Source: an uncultured delta proteobacterium (lineage in GTDB: Bacteria; Desulfobacterota; Binatia; Binatales; Binataceae). Taken from it: 64,000 nt of DNA. The position numbers and the translations under genes were made by a program. Under the pieces are notes generated by a model that had not been told where the DNA came from, did no database searches, and was given only the letters and a program-made list of their open reading frames with translations. Where the stretch lies: positions 384,001-448,000 of the forward strand of contig CAWCDG010000002.1 of assembly GCA_963794325.1 (NCBI GenBank), written 5' to 3'. Of the stretch, positions 27,780 through 36,518 are shown one piece after another; the first letter of the stretch is position 1; each line of letters begins with the position of its first letter.

Positions 27780-28370
27780 ATGCACTTGTTCGCAGCATTG
27801 GGCGACATTCAATTCGAAGTGGTTGGCTCTCCGGAAACCTATGAATCCGCGGCGGCGTATGACTTCGCCGAGCAGAAGGTGATCGAGAGTAAGCCGCTGC
27901 TGCAGTGGGTTGGCAACGATCTCGAACGGCTGAAGTTCGAGCTGATGTGGCACGCGTCATTCACGAATCCGGGGGCGCAGCTGGCGCAGTTGCGCGCGAC
28001 GGCCGCAGAGCACCTCGCACTGCCGCTGGTCTTTGGCAACGGGGGATTTCGCGGCTTCTTTGTCATCGAATCGATCAATGTGAAATCGCAGCAACTGTCG
28101 GCGGGCGGATCCCCGATTGCAATCCGCGTTGCCCTGGCACTCAAGGAATCGATAGCAGATCCTCTGCTGCTGTCCAGAACGCAGCCGCTGACTGGATTGT
28201 CGCCGCTGGGAATCGTGATTGCGCAGCAGGAGGCGGGTGGCCGTGCGAACGCGATCGCGTCCGGCGTGTCGGTATTACTCAGTATTCCGTTAGCGGCGGG
28301 GACAAGCGGTCCCAATCTTGAGGCAGGCGATGTGCCGGCCCCAGCTATCGTGAGGAGCGCGGGGCGATGA
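27780..28370 (+). CDS. P2 gpU-like tail tube initiator
   Basis: FAALGDIQF, FAEQ.VI..KPLLQWVG..L, LVFGNG...G.FVI. Confidence 0.85.
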   Translation: MHLFAALGDIQFEVVGSPETYESAAAYDFAEQKVIESKPLLQWVGNDLERLKFELMWHASFTNPGAQLAQLRATAAEHLALPLVFGNGGFRGFFVIESINVKSQQLSAGGSPIAIRVALALKESIADPLLLSRTQPLTGLSPLGIVIAQQEAGGRANAIASGVSVLLSIPLAAGTSGPNLEAGDVPAPAIVRSAGR

Positions 28371-28609
28371 TGCTTTCGGGACGTTTAATACTTCACGTCA
28401 CGACGGCGGGTGAACGGTGGGACCTGCTAGCCTGGCGATACTACGGTGATCCGACTGACTATTCGCCGATTATAATGGCTAATCCGAATGTAGCTATTGA
28501 ACCGGTATTCGATGCCGGCATCTCAATAGCGATACCGCTTCAGCAGAAGAGCGCGATGGCGACGGCCAACCTGCCGCCCTGGAAAGTATCACAAGCGGTG
28601 AGCGGGTAA
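28367..28609 (+). CDS. Tail protein X (P2 gpX, LysM-like)
   Basis: HVT..GERWDLLAWRYYGDP, II.ANP, LPPWK. Confidence 0.9.
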   Translation: MMLSGRLILHVTTAGERWDLLAWRYYGDPTDYSPIIMANPNVAIEPVFDAGISIAIPLQQKSAMATANLPPWKVSQAVSG

Positions 28610-29625
28610 TGGCTGCGGGGGCATTTAATATAGTTCGATCGCCGCAGTGGATACTCACTTATTCGGATGTGAACATTACGGCAGATGTATCGGAGATGGT
28701 TCTTGCAATCAGGTATATCGATCGGCTCGACGGCACCTCGAGCGATCTGGAGATTGAACTCGAAGACTCAGGGAAGCTGTGGCAGGGGCCGTGGTATCCG
28801 GTGATCGGCGACATAGTCAGTCTGCAAATTGGCTATAGCAATGAGCTATTGCTGGACTGCGGAACATTCCAGATTGACGAGTTGGAATCGGATGGGCCGC
28901 CCGACGTTATGAGACTGCGATGCCTTGCCGCGTACATCACGACCGCGATGCGGACCGCAAATACTGTGGCCTACGAAAACATGGGCATCGTAGAAATCGT
29001 GGCGCAAATCGCGGCGAAGTATGGATTGACGGTGGTGATGGCGTCGTCCGAATCGGAAAACGACATAACGTTTGCGCGCGTGACGCAGCGGCGTCAGATG
29101 GATTTGGAATTTCTGAAGCGCCTGGGGAGAGAGCACAATTTTGATTTCACGGTGCGTGCCGGTCAACTGATCTTTTACGAGCGAGCGGCGCTCGAATCTA
29201 TTCCGGCCGCGACGTTGATTACGCGATCTGACACTTTGCGGTTCGCATTTCGGAACCGGGCGCGCCGAATCTACGACGCCGCGGACTTCTCGTACTTCGA
29301 TCCTGATACGAAAGAGCTGATTACTCAGTCGGTACCGTCGGACGGATCTTCGCCGACGGGCGATACCCTGAAAATCGTTGCGCGCTGTGAAAATGCAGAG
29401 CAGGCGCAGGTCAAAGCAGCAGCCGGACTTCATTTGCACAACATGGTGTTGGTGGACGCGTCGATTGAAGGACCCGGGAACACGGTGCTGGTGGCCGGGA
29501 ACAACGTGCAGCTCAGTGGATGGGGCGCGCTCGATGGGAAGTATTTGATCGAGACCGCAAAGCATCACATGGCGCGCGCGACGGGATACACAACATCAAT
29601 TGCAGCGCGACGGATTAACCCATGA
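28609..29625 (+). CDS. Baseplate hub / P2 gpD-like protein
   Basis: Y.DRLDG.S.DLEIELED, W.P..GD...LQIGY, CGTF.IDE.E..GPPD, DLEFLKRL, G...LVAG..V.L.G.G.LDG.Y.I. Confidence 0.88.
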   Translation: MAAGAFNIVRSPQWILTYSDVNITADVSEMVLAIRYIDRLDGTSSDLEIELEDSGKLWQGPWYPVIGDIVSLQIGYSNELLLDCGTFQIDELESDGPPDVMRLRCLAAYITTAMRTANTVAYENMGIVEIVAQIAAKYGLTVVMASSESENDITFARVTQRRQMDLEFLKRLGREHNFDFTVRAGQLIFYERAALESIPAATLITRSDTLRFAFRNRARRIYDAADFSYFDPDTKELITQSVPSDGSSPTGDTLKIVARCENAEQAQVKAAAGLHLHNMVLVDASIEGPGNTVLVAGNNVQLSGWGALDGKYLIETAKHHMARATGYTTSIAARRINP

Positions 29626-30314
29626 ACGACATAATTGAATACCGCGAGCGATTTGCTGCGCTGAACCCCACGTTCCGGGTCGGGATTGTGCAGGCGCAGG
29701 ACCCCGCGCATGCGAAGGTGCGGGTGGTGTTTCCGGATTACGACGAAATGATCAGCTGGTGGCTGCCGGTTGTTTTTGCAAAGACCCAGAACGACAAGGT
29801 GTACTGGATTCCGGATATCGGCGAGCAGGTCGTTTGCCTGATGGACCTGCGCGACGAGGCCGGCGCGGTGCTGGGTGCGATCTATTCGAGCGCCGACACG
29901 CCGCCAGTAAACAGCGCTGACAAGTTTCATCTCGCGTTCAGGGACGGCGCGCACTTCGACTACGATCGCGTCGCGCATCTGCTCGATCTCCTTTTCCAGG
30001 ACACGACGGAACTCAAATACGACGCTCGGGTGCATCTGCTCGATCTGAAATTTCAGGATCAGGCGGAGCTGCAGTATGACGGTACCGAGCATGTTCTGAG
30101 CATGAATCTGCCGCAGGGTGCGGCGTTCAATCTCTCGGCGAACGGTGCGCAGATTCAGATCGACTCGAACGGCAACGTCGTCATCAAGAGTGGAGGGCTG
30201 GTTCAGATCGGGAACGGCCCGCTGGCAGGTGTCGCTCGGCTGGGCGATCGAGTGCAAGTCGGCGAGGCGACCGGAACGATCGTGAGCGCGAGCACCGACG
30301 TGCTGGCGGGATGA
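29622..30314 (+). CDS. Baseplate spike (gpV family)
   Basis: RVGIV, VRV.FPD, WLPV, PDIGEQVVCL.D..G.VLGAIYS..D.PP; internal 19-aa repeats. Confidence 0.88.
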   Translation: MNDIIEYRERFAALNPTFRVGIVQAQDPAHAKVRVVFPDYDEMISWWLPVVFAKTQNDKVYWIPDIGEQVVCLMDLRDEAGAVLGAIYSSADTPPVNSADKFHLAFRDGAHFDYDRVAHLLDLLFQDTTELKYDARVHLLDLKFQDQAELQYDGTEHVLSMNLPQGAAFNLSANGAQIQIDSNGNVVIKSGGLVQIGNGPLAGVARLGDRVQVGEATGTIVSASTDVLAG

Positions 30315-30733
30315 CGATGCCGGCAGGCGCAATTACACTTGCAGATATCAGATCGGCTGATTGGTCGTTGGCTCTAGGAGCCATCGGCGAAGTAGTGCAG
30401 GGGATCGCCGACGTCGAACAGTGTTTGGGAATTATTGTGACGACGCCGCGCGGGAGCGACCCTTTGCGGCCGACCTTCGGCGCGAATATCTGGCGGTACA
30501 TCGACTTTCCGATCAGTCTTGCGCTACCCGCAATCGTCAGCGAACTGACCTCGGCGATCACAATTTGGGAGCCGCGCGTGAATCTTGTTTCGGTGACGGC
30601 GCAAAGCGTCAACGATGCGACTGCGCAATCGGGCGCGCAGCTCGACGTCACGCTCAGCTGGCGGCTCAAGCTGGGCGTCACCGGGGCTCCCGTTCAGATC
30701 ACGACCGTGACAATCCCGGGAGCGGCGGTCTAG
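30311..30733 (+). CDS. Baseplate wedge gpW/gp25 family
   Basis: DVEQCL.II.TTP.GSDP.RP.FG, YID.P, AI..WEPRV. Confidence 0.9.
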   Translation: MTMPAGAITLADIRSADWSLALGAIGEVVQGIADVEQCLGIIVTTPRGSDPLRPTFGANIWRYIDFPISLALPAIVSELTSAITIWEPRVNLVSVTAQSVNDATAQSGAQLDVTLSWRLKLGVTGAPVQITTVTIPGAAV

Positions 30734-30765
30734 CCGGGGCCGCGCCGACGCGATGAAAGGATGAG

Positions 30766-31938
30766 TTGATGGGTGCAGGAATTCCGTCGCTGCCGCCGCC
30801 GGTGTTCGTCAACGACGCGGACGGTCTCGATCCAAACCTGATCCTCGCGGACATGATCGCCGAGTTCGAGGCGGCGTCGGGCCGGACGCTTCAACCGGCC
30901 CAGGTGGAGCGCCTGCTCATTAATTTGTATGCGTACCGCGAATCGCTGGTGCGCAACGCGATTCAGTATGCGGCCGAGCAGAATCTGCTCGCGTTCGCAT
31001 CGTTCCCGATGCTCGATTATCTAGGTCAACTGTTGAGCGTCAATCGATTGGCCTCGCAGCCCGCGGTGACGACGATTCAATTCACCTTGACCGGCGCGCT
31101 GACGGTGCCGTTTACGATTGCTGCGGGAACCCTGGTCGGCACGAGCGATGGGCAGTTTGCATTCGCAACCAGCGCGACGATCACACTCGCGGCCGGTGCA
31201 ACCATCGCAAGTGTCGCTGCCGCCGCGACGGCTCCAGGAGCGGGTGCGAATGGATACCTGGCGGGACAAGTCAGCGTCCAGCTCAATCCGAACAGTTTGA
31301 TCGCGAGCGTGACGAACACCAGCACGACCACCGGTGGCTCTGCTCCCGAGACGGACGATCATCTGCGCACGCGCATCCAGGCTGCGCCGAATCAATTCAG
31401 CGTCGCGGGACCGAGCGGGGCGTACCGGTTCTTTGCGATCGGCGCGGACCCGTCGATCGTCGATGCGCAAATTGTCAGTCCCTCTCCCGGATCGGTGAAT
31501 GTGTATGTGCTGACGGGACCGGTGACGCAACAGCCTGCGCCGGCGCCGAACAGCGCGGGAGTCGCGAACTCCGCGTTGCTTGCAAAAGTCGCGACGGTGC
31601 TGAATGCCGACACGATGCGTCCGTTGACCGACACCGTGAACGTGCTTGCAGTGACCGAGGTGGACTACCAGATCACCGCGACGGTGACGCTGTATTCGGA
31701 TGCCGATCCCACTGCGACGATCGTCGCGGCAACGGCGGCCGTCACCGAACTGGCGCTCGAGCTGGCGGCCAAGATTCAGCGCGACATCGTGCCGAGCCAG
31801 ATAATTGCGGCGCTATCGGTGGCGGGCGTCTATGGCGTGACGCTCACGTCGCCGACTCTGACGACGCTCACCTATGGGCAGTGGGCGAACTGCACGACGA
31901 TCGCGCTGACGACAGCGTTCAGCACGGAGCATAGCTGA
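30766..31938 (+). CDS. Baseplate J/gp47 family
   Basis: GRTL.PAQVERLLI...AYRE, QNLLAFA, ETDDHLR.RI, FSVAGP.GAY.F.A, RPLTD.V.V. Confidence 0.92.
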   Translation: MMGAGIPSLPPPVFVNDADGLDPNLILADMIAEFEAASGRTLQPAQVERLLINLYAYRESLVRNAIQYAAEQNLLAFASFPMLDYLGQLLSVNRLASQPAVTTIQFTLTGALTVPFTIAAGTLVGTSDGQFAFATSATITLAAGATIASVAAAATAPGAGANGYLAGQVSVQLNPNSLIASVTNTSTTTGGSAPETDDHLRTRIQAAPNQFSVAGPSGAYRFFAIGADPSIVDAQIVSPSPGSVNVYVLTGPVTQQPAPAPNSAGVANSALLAKVATVLNADTMRPLTDTVNVLAVTEVDYQITATVTLYSDADPTATIVAATAAVTELALELAAKIQRDIVPSQIIAALSVAGVYGVTLTSPTLTTLTYGQWANCTTIALTTAFSTEHS

Positions 31939-32801
31939 TGCCCGAGCTGTCGGCCGCTCCTTCGATTAACGATACGCGCACGCAGGCGCTGCTGGAGTTG
32001 ATCTCGCGGCTCGCCGCACTCGATCTCACGACGCTGCTGGTTTACCGAATCGACTCGGTGGTGGACGGCGCACTGCCATTTTTGGCGTGGCAGTTCGACG
32101 TCCTTTCTCCGCTGTGGCAGTTGATTGCGCCGGTGGCGATTGGGGTCGATGCGCTGACGAACATCGATTTGCTGATCGACGTCGACAACCTGATCGAATC
32201 CGGCGGCCTGGTTACGGAGCTGACGCTGACCGAGGCGGCGCAGCGCGAACTGCTCAAGAACGCAATCGGGCTGCATCGATTTCGCGGTACGCCGTGGGCA
32301 ATCAAGCAGGCGCTAGCATCGTTGGGATGGGAGCAGGTCGTTTTGCTCGAGGGTCAGACCAGCTGGGGCGGCGTCTCGTATCCGTCGAATCAGGGCTGGG
32401 CGGTCTTTCGCGTCATCATTGATCTCGCCGTGGGACAGGGCGTCTCAATCGGCGCGTCGGCGACGGCGGCTGCGGCGGCGAATTTTTTTAAGCCGGCGCG
32501 CGCGTGGCTCGATTCGGTATGGTTTGCAGTGCCGGGGATTTCCGACGTGGGGCCGAAGCCGTCGGACAAGCTGACGCTCGGCGGAATCGTGAAGTACCAA
32601 CTCGACGCCGCGCCCGCGCCCAATGACAATGCGCTGGCTTTTGCGATTGCGACGGCATCGCTCACCGACCCGCACGGTCCGATTGTCCCCGCTTACGACG
32701 GCCACTATCGGCATAGCGGGATCACTCACGGCGCCAATGAACCCGAAGTCGCGGACTCGGCGCTTATCCTTAACGGCGCGGCCGTTTTGCACGGAGGTTG
32801 A
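31938..32801 (+). CDS. Tail protein I (P2 gpI family)
   Basis: LPFLAWQFDV, RELLKNAI.LHR.RGTPWAIK.AL, WA.FRV, KPAR. Confidence 0.85.
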   Translation: MPELSAAPSINDTRTQALLELISRLAALDLTTLLVYRIDSVVDGALPFLAWQFDVLSPLWQLIAPVAIGVDALTNIDLLIDVDNLIESGGLVTELTLTEAAQRELLKNAIGLHRFRGTPWAIKQALASLGWEQVVLLEGQTSWGGVSYPSNQGWAVFRVIIDLAVGQGVSIGASATAAAAANFFKPARAWLDSVWFAVPGISDVGPKPSDKLTLGGIVKYQLDAAPAPNDNALAFAIATASLTDPHGPIVPAYDGHYRHSGITHGANEPEVADSALILNGAAVLHGG

Positions 32802-32802
32802 A

Positions 32803-33267
32803 ATGAGAAGGCCGATAGGAATCGTGCGGATACGAGTTGTCGAGCGCGGCCGCGTCGTCTGGCAACACGAGGGAACCAATCTTTTCGTGAACGCCGGGCG
32901 GCCGGCGCTCGCGGCGCTGCTCGGTGGCGACACCGCGGGTGAATTTGCTGCGGCGGTGGGATTTGGTTCCGGCTCGGCAGCGCCGACGGTCACCGACACC
33001 GCGCTGACCGCGGCTGTGTATTACAAAGCGCTCGATGGTCACAGCGAGGACGGCAACGGCAGCTTGACGCTCAACTGGTCGCTGACGACGGCGGACACCG
33101 GCGCGCAGGGAATAACGATCCAGGAGTTGGCGATATTCGCGAATCATGGCAGCGCGATACTGCCGGGAACCGCCGCGCCGACCCCGATGCTCGCGCGCAA
33201 GACTATTGCACCAATAGTGTTTGGCGCGGGAATGAGTATTAGCGGTACGTGGACGCTTACTTTCTGA
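32803..33267 (+). CDS. Baseplate/tail-collar-associated protein
   Basis: ATG 32803 after GGAGG; NLFVNAG, GFGSG..AP...DTAL, I.EL.IF, ARK, GTW.LTF. Confidence 0.6.
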   Translation: MRRPIGIVRIRVVERGRVVWQHEGTNLFVNAGRPALAALLGGDTAGEFAAAVGFGSGSAAPTVTDTALTAAVYYKALDGHSEDGNGSLTLNWSLTTADTGAQGITIQELAIFANHGSAILPGTAAPTPMLARKTIAPIVFGAGMSISGTWTLTF

Positions 33268-33275
33268 GGTAGTCA

Positions 33276-33836
33276 ATGGCTACACTAATCGACGCAGCCG
33301 AGTTCACCTCAAATGAGGTTTACCAGATACAAGCGACCGATCCGGTCGAAGGCGCCGCCACTGGAGCGAGTTTCAGCGGTACTGGAATTTCGAATCAACC
33401 GCATCAGCAACTGGCTAATCGCACCGCGTTCTTGAAGCAGCGCCAGGACGTCAATATCTCGAATATCGGCCTGTTGCAGGCCTTCATGGCGAACTTCGCC
33501 GGCGCGATGGGCGCCAACGGCTACCTGGCTATTCCGCTAGCCGACGTGAATCGCGGATCGATCGTCGCGATCGTCCAGTGGGGCGCGATGTTTCCGGGCG
33601 GCGGGCTCGACAACGACACAAGCTACACGGTGACCTGGCCGACTGCCTTTCCCAACGCATGCGTGTGGTCGAGCGCGACCTTGTCGAACTCTCGGGCGCT
33701 AAGGAATGCCGGCCAGTTGATAGTCGACATAGTCAGTTTCACGACGACCACGGGAACCTTCAGATCGGATCTTATCGGCGGCGTCGCAAGCCAGCTCCCC
33801 AACGATGGCTTCTACTGGATGGCGATTGGATTTTAG
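33276..33836 (+). CDS. Short tail-fibre-like protein
   Basis: VYQI..TDPV.G, N...QQLANRT.FLK anchor; C-terminal NGY...VQWG, VTWP.AFPNAC, YW.AIG. Only 186 aa. Confidence 0.75.
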   Translation: MATLIDAAEFTSNEVYQIQATDPVEGAATGASFSGTGISNQPHQQLANRTAFLKQRQDVNISNIGLLQAFMANFAGAMGANGYLAIPLADVNRGSIVAIVQWGAMFPGGGLDNDTSYTVTWPTAFPNACVWSSATLSNSRALRNAGQLIVDIVSFTTTTGTFRSDLIGGVASQLPNDGFYWMAIGF

Positions 33837-33857
33837 GAAATCGACGGGAGCCGGCGG

Positions 33858-36512
33858 ATGGAGATGAATGTGAGACAAAAGATTTCGCCGGCGATTTGGC
33901 GCGCGATGTTCGCCACGTTGATCCTGCTGGTAGTTAGTGACGGGGCAAATGCGCAGAATCTGCCGCCGCCCGGAGCTTATCAGCCGATTCCCAACTTCAC
34001 CGGGGTAGGTGCGGGATTGCAGTTCCGCGAAGCGATCAACCAGCGCTTCGCCGGCAACCAGCCGATCGCGCCTTCAATCGTCACCCCTACCTTCGTCAAC
34101 CTGCCGCCCGAGCAGGACGGGATGCTCCTCTTCTGCAAGGACTGCAAGAGCGCGACGCCGTGCGTAAGTGGCGGAGCGGGTGCTTTTGCTCTCGGCACTC
34201 GCGGACAGTGGGCGTGCGCGGGCGCGGCTCTGGAAGCCACTCTCAACGCAAACGGCAATAAGGTCTCGAACCTTGCGAGCGGCACCGTCAATGGAGACGC
34301 GGTCGCGTTTGGCCAGACTGGAGCGCAGCTCAACACGATTTCAGGCTCGAAGCTCGACGGCAGCGACGCTATCTCGAACGTCAGCGTCAACGGCGTCAAG
34401 AACGTGAGAGCATTCGGCGCGACTGGTTCGCTGGCGACCGCGTCGGCTACGACCATCGCCGGCAACGCAACGGTCACCGTCAATTCAATCGGGGATTTCA
34501 AAATCGGGAATTGGGTGAAGCTCGATCATGCGGGCGCCGCCTCGAACGCGAATGCTCCGACCGGCGTGACCGTGGTCCCGAACAGTTACGGGATGAATCC
34601 CAATCCGACCTCGGATATCACTAAAACTGTGGCGAACGGCGGCGGCTGTCAGGTCGATACCGCCACCACTAACAGCGCGCACAACACTGCGTGCAACGTT
34701 TCGTATACCTATCAGATTGTCGGAGTGAGCCAGGGCGGCGGATGGTCGGCGCCGACGGGCGCGGTATCGACCAGCGCGGGGCCGGCGACGCTGAGCACAA
34801 ACAATAACCTCCTGTTGAGTTGGACCGGCGCTGCCAACGACATCGCGTATCTGATCTATTCGTGCAGTGGCGCTTCATGCACGCCGAGCCTGCACGCGGT
34901 AGTGCCTCACGCCGGACCGCTGGGCGCCACGGCGGAATCCTATCGCGACTTCGGGCATGCGTTCGGCACCGATGAAGATTTCGGTACGGCGATCCGCTCG
35001 AGCAGCGCGGCGCAGGATCTGTTCGCGCAGATTACGGGCGTAAGCGGGACCAACGTGACTCTGTCGGTAGCGCCGGCGCAGACTGGATCGTCCACGATGC
35101 GCCACGATGACAGCGTGCCGATCAACGCGGCGATCAGTTCGATCTGCTCGCATAGCGCGACGACCGGCACAGTCGGCGGCATCGTCGAGTTCCCCGCGAC
35201 CTCGACTTACCCACTCGCCCAGTCGCTCAACCTCTACGGATGCTGGGGCGTCACGCTCTCAGTGACCGGCGCTCAGAACGGCGACGGCGGACGTCCGGTC
35301 GAACTCGAGTGGCACGGCGTCACCGGCGGCACCGTCATCAATATGAACAAGGCGGCCGACTCCCGAGTGGCGGGGCTGTCAGTCTCGGGAATCAATGGGA
35401 ATACGGCGGGCGTGATCCTCGACGTGGACAATTACCCGACCGGCGGAAGCGGTGACAATCTGGCGACGCAGAACGATACGTTCGAGCGGCTGGAACTCGG
35501 CCGGGCGGGCATCGGCATTCGCGTCGCGAATCGATCGGGCGCCAACGTCCAGGACCTGAGCTTTCGCGACGTGCAGATCTCGAATCCGTCGAACGGGCAG
35601 GGCGGCATGTGGGGCTACTTCTTCGGCGGCCTCGGCCAGACGTACAACGAAGAGATCCGCGGCGGCCTGATCGCCGGCCATGACGTCGCGATCGTCTCGG
35701 CATTCGTCGGACAACTCGAAATTTACGGCACCGACTTCGAGCAGAACAAAATCGAGGCATGGACTATCGATCGCTTCGGCGGCGGTGCCGACGGCAACAT
35801 GATGTTTTCCGGCGTGACCAGCGAGAGCGCTCAATATTTCATCTACGACAATTCGGGCAGCAACCCCTCGAACTTCATCGTCGATGCGAGCCGAATCGCG
35901 GACGCCCCGGGACCGAACGGATACGTGATGCAGTTGAGCCGGCCAATCGCAATCAAAAGTTCATGGGTTTGCAGCGGCGGGACTACGGTTTGCGGAATCA
36001 GCAACGGCAACGCGCCGAGTCCAAACCCGATTTTTTCGATGCAGAGCAATTACGGCGACGCGATCCCGTTTCGCAACGGCGACGGCAGCAACTCGCCCGA
36101 CACGGTGCTCTTCACTGAGTTTACCGATTTGGTTGCAGCCGGCGCCGTTCGAATCGGCTACTTGAGCCATACACCGAACATCGAAGCATGCTCGAACGCC
36201 GGCGCGGTCTCGACCAGCACCACGCTCGTGTTCTCGACCAATTCGTGCCAGAAAATTTCCACCGCGACGACCGGACTCACCTATACGCTATCGACGACCG
36301 GGCTGGTCGCCGATCAAGTTGTGACCATCGAGTCCTACATCACCGGCGCAATTTCCGCGGGCCCTGTATTCGCGACCTCAAGCGGCGCAATCAAATGGAC
36401 CGGCGGTTCGGCGCCGACCTCGAGCATCGCCGGCGGCTACGTGGACGTGTTGAGACTGAAGTGGGACGGCGCCAACTGGCTCGAGCTCAGCCGCAGCATC
36501 GGCGACCATTGA
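33858..36512 (+). CDS. Tailspike/pectate-lyase-3-like beta-helix protein with N-terminal signal peptide
   Basis: RQK..AIWRAMFATLILLVVSDGANA|Q signal; NVRAFGATG and DDSVPINAAI..GGIVEFP..STY motifs; G/N/T-rich beta repeats. Confidence 0.65.
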   Translation: MEMNVRQKISPAIWRAMFATLILLVVSDGANAQNLPPPGAYQPIPNFTGVGAGLQFREAINQRFAGNQPIAPSIVTPTFVNLPPEQDGMLLFCKDCKSATPCVSGGAGAFALGTRGQWACAGAALEATLNANGNKVSNLASGTVNGDAVAFGQTGAQLNTISGSKLDGSDAISNVSVNGVKNVRAFGATGSLATASATTIAGNATVTVNSIGDFKIGNWVKLDHAGAASNANAPTGVTVVPNSYGMNPNPTSDITKTVANGGGCQVDTATTNSAHNTACNVSYTYQIVGVSQGGGWSAPTGAVSTSAGPATLSTNNNLLLSWTGAANDIAYLIYSCSGASCTPSLHAVVPHAGPLGATAESYRDFGHAFGTDEDFGTAIRSSSAAQDLFAQITGVSGTNVTLSVAPAQTGSSTMRHDDSVPINAAISSICSHSATTGTVGGIVEFPATSTYPLAQSLNLYGCWGVTLSVTGAQNGDGGRPVELEWHGVTGGTVINMNKAADSRVAGLSVSGINGNTAGVILDVDNYPTGGSGDNLATQNDTFERLELGRAGIGIRVANRSGANVQDLSFRDVQISNPSNGQGGMWGYFFGGLGQTYNEEIRGGLIAGHDVAIVSAFVGQLEIYGTDFEQNKIEAWTIDRFGGGADGNMMFSGVTSESAQYFIYDNSGSNPSNFIVDASRIADAPGPNGYVMQLSRPIAIKSSWVCSGGTTVCGISNGNAPSPNPIFSMQSNYGDAIPFRNGDGSNSPDTVLFTEFTDLVAAGAVRIGYLSHTPNIEACSNAGAVSTSTTLVFSTNSCQKISTATTGLTYTLSTTGLVADQVVTIESYITGAISAGPVFATSSGAIKWTGGSAPTSSIAGGYVDVLRLKWDGANWLELSRSIGDH

Positions 36513-36518
36513 TCGGCG

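Larger units (their letters stand above)
19854..36512 (+). other. Phage-derived Mu-like head plus contractile tail operon lacking packaging, integration, replication and lysis genes
   Basis: About 20 co-directional, closely packed morphogenesis genes flanked directly by a host ABC ATPase and murF. Confidence 0.85.

Noticed and set aside
24006-33836. Canonical eCIS (Afp/PVC), T6SS or R-pyocin
   Set aside because: Capsid genes are present; no Afp15-like ATPase, Tss membrane complex, ClpV or lysis cassette; tail genes are P2/Mu-type.
19854-36512. Intact inducible Mu-like prophage
   Set aside because: No transposase, repressor, terminase, portal or lysis genes, and no att or Mu end repeats seen; host genes abut both ends.
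33276-36512. Diversity-generating retroelement or invertible fibre cassette
   Set aside because: No reverse transcriptase, invertase or template/variable repeat pair seen.
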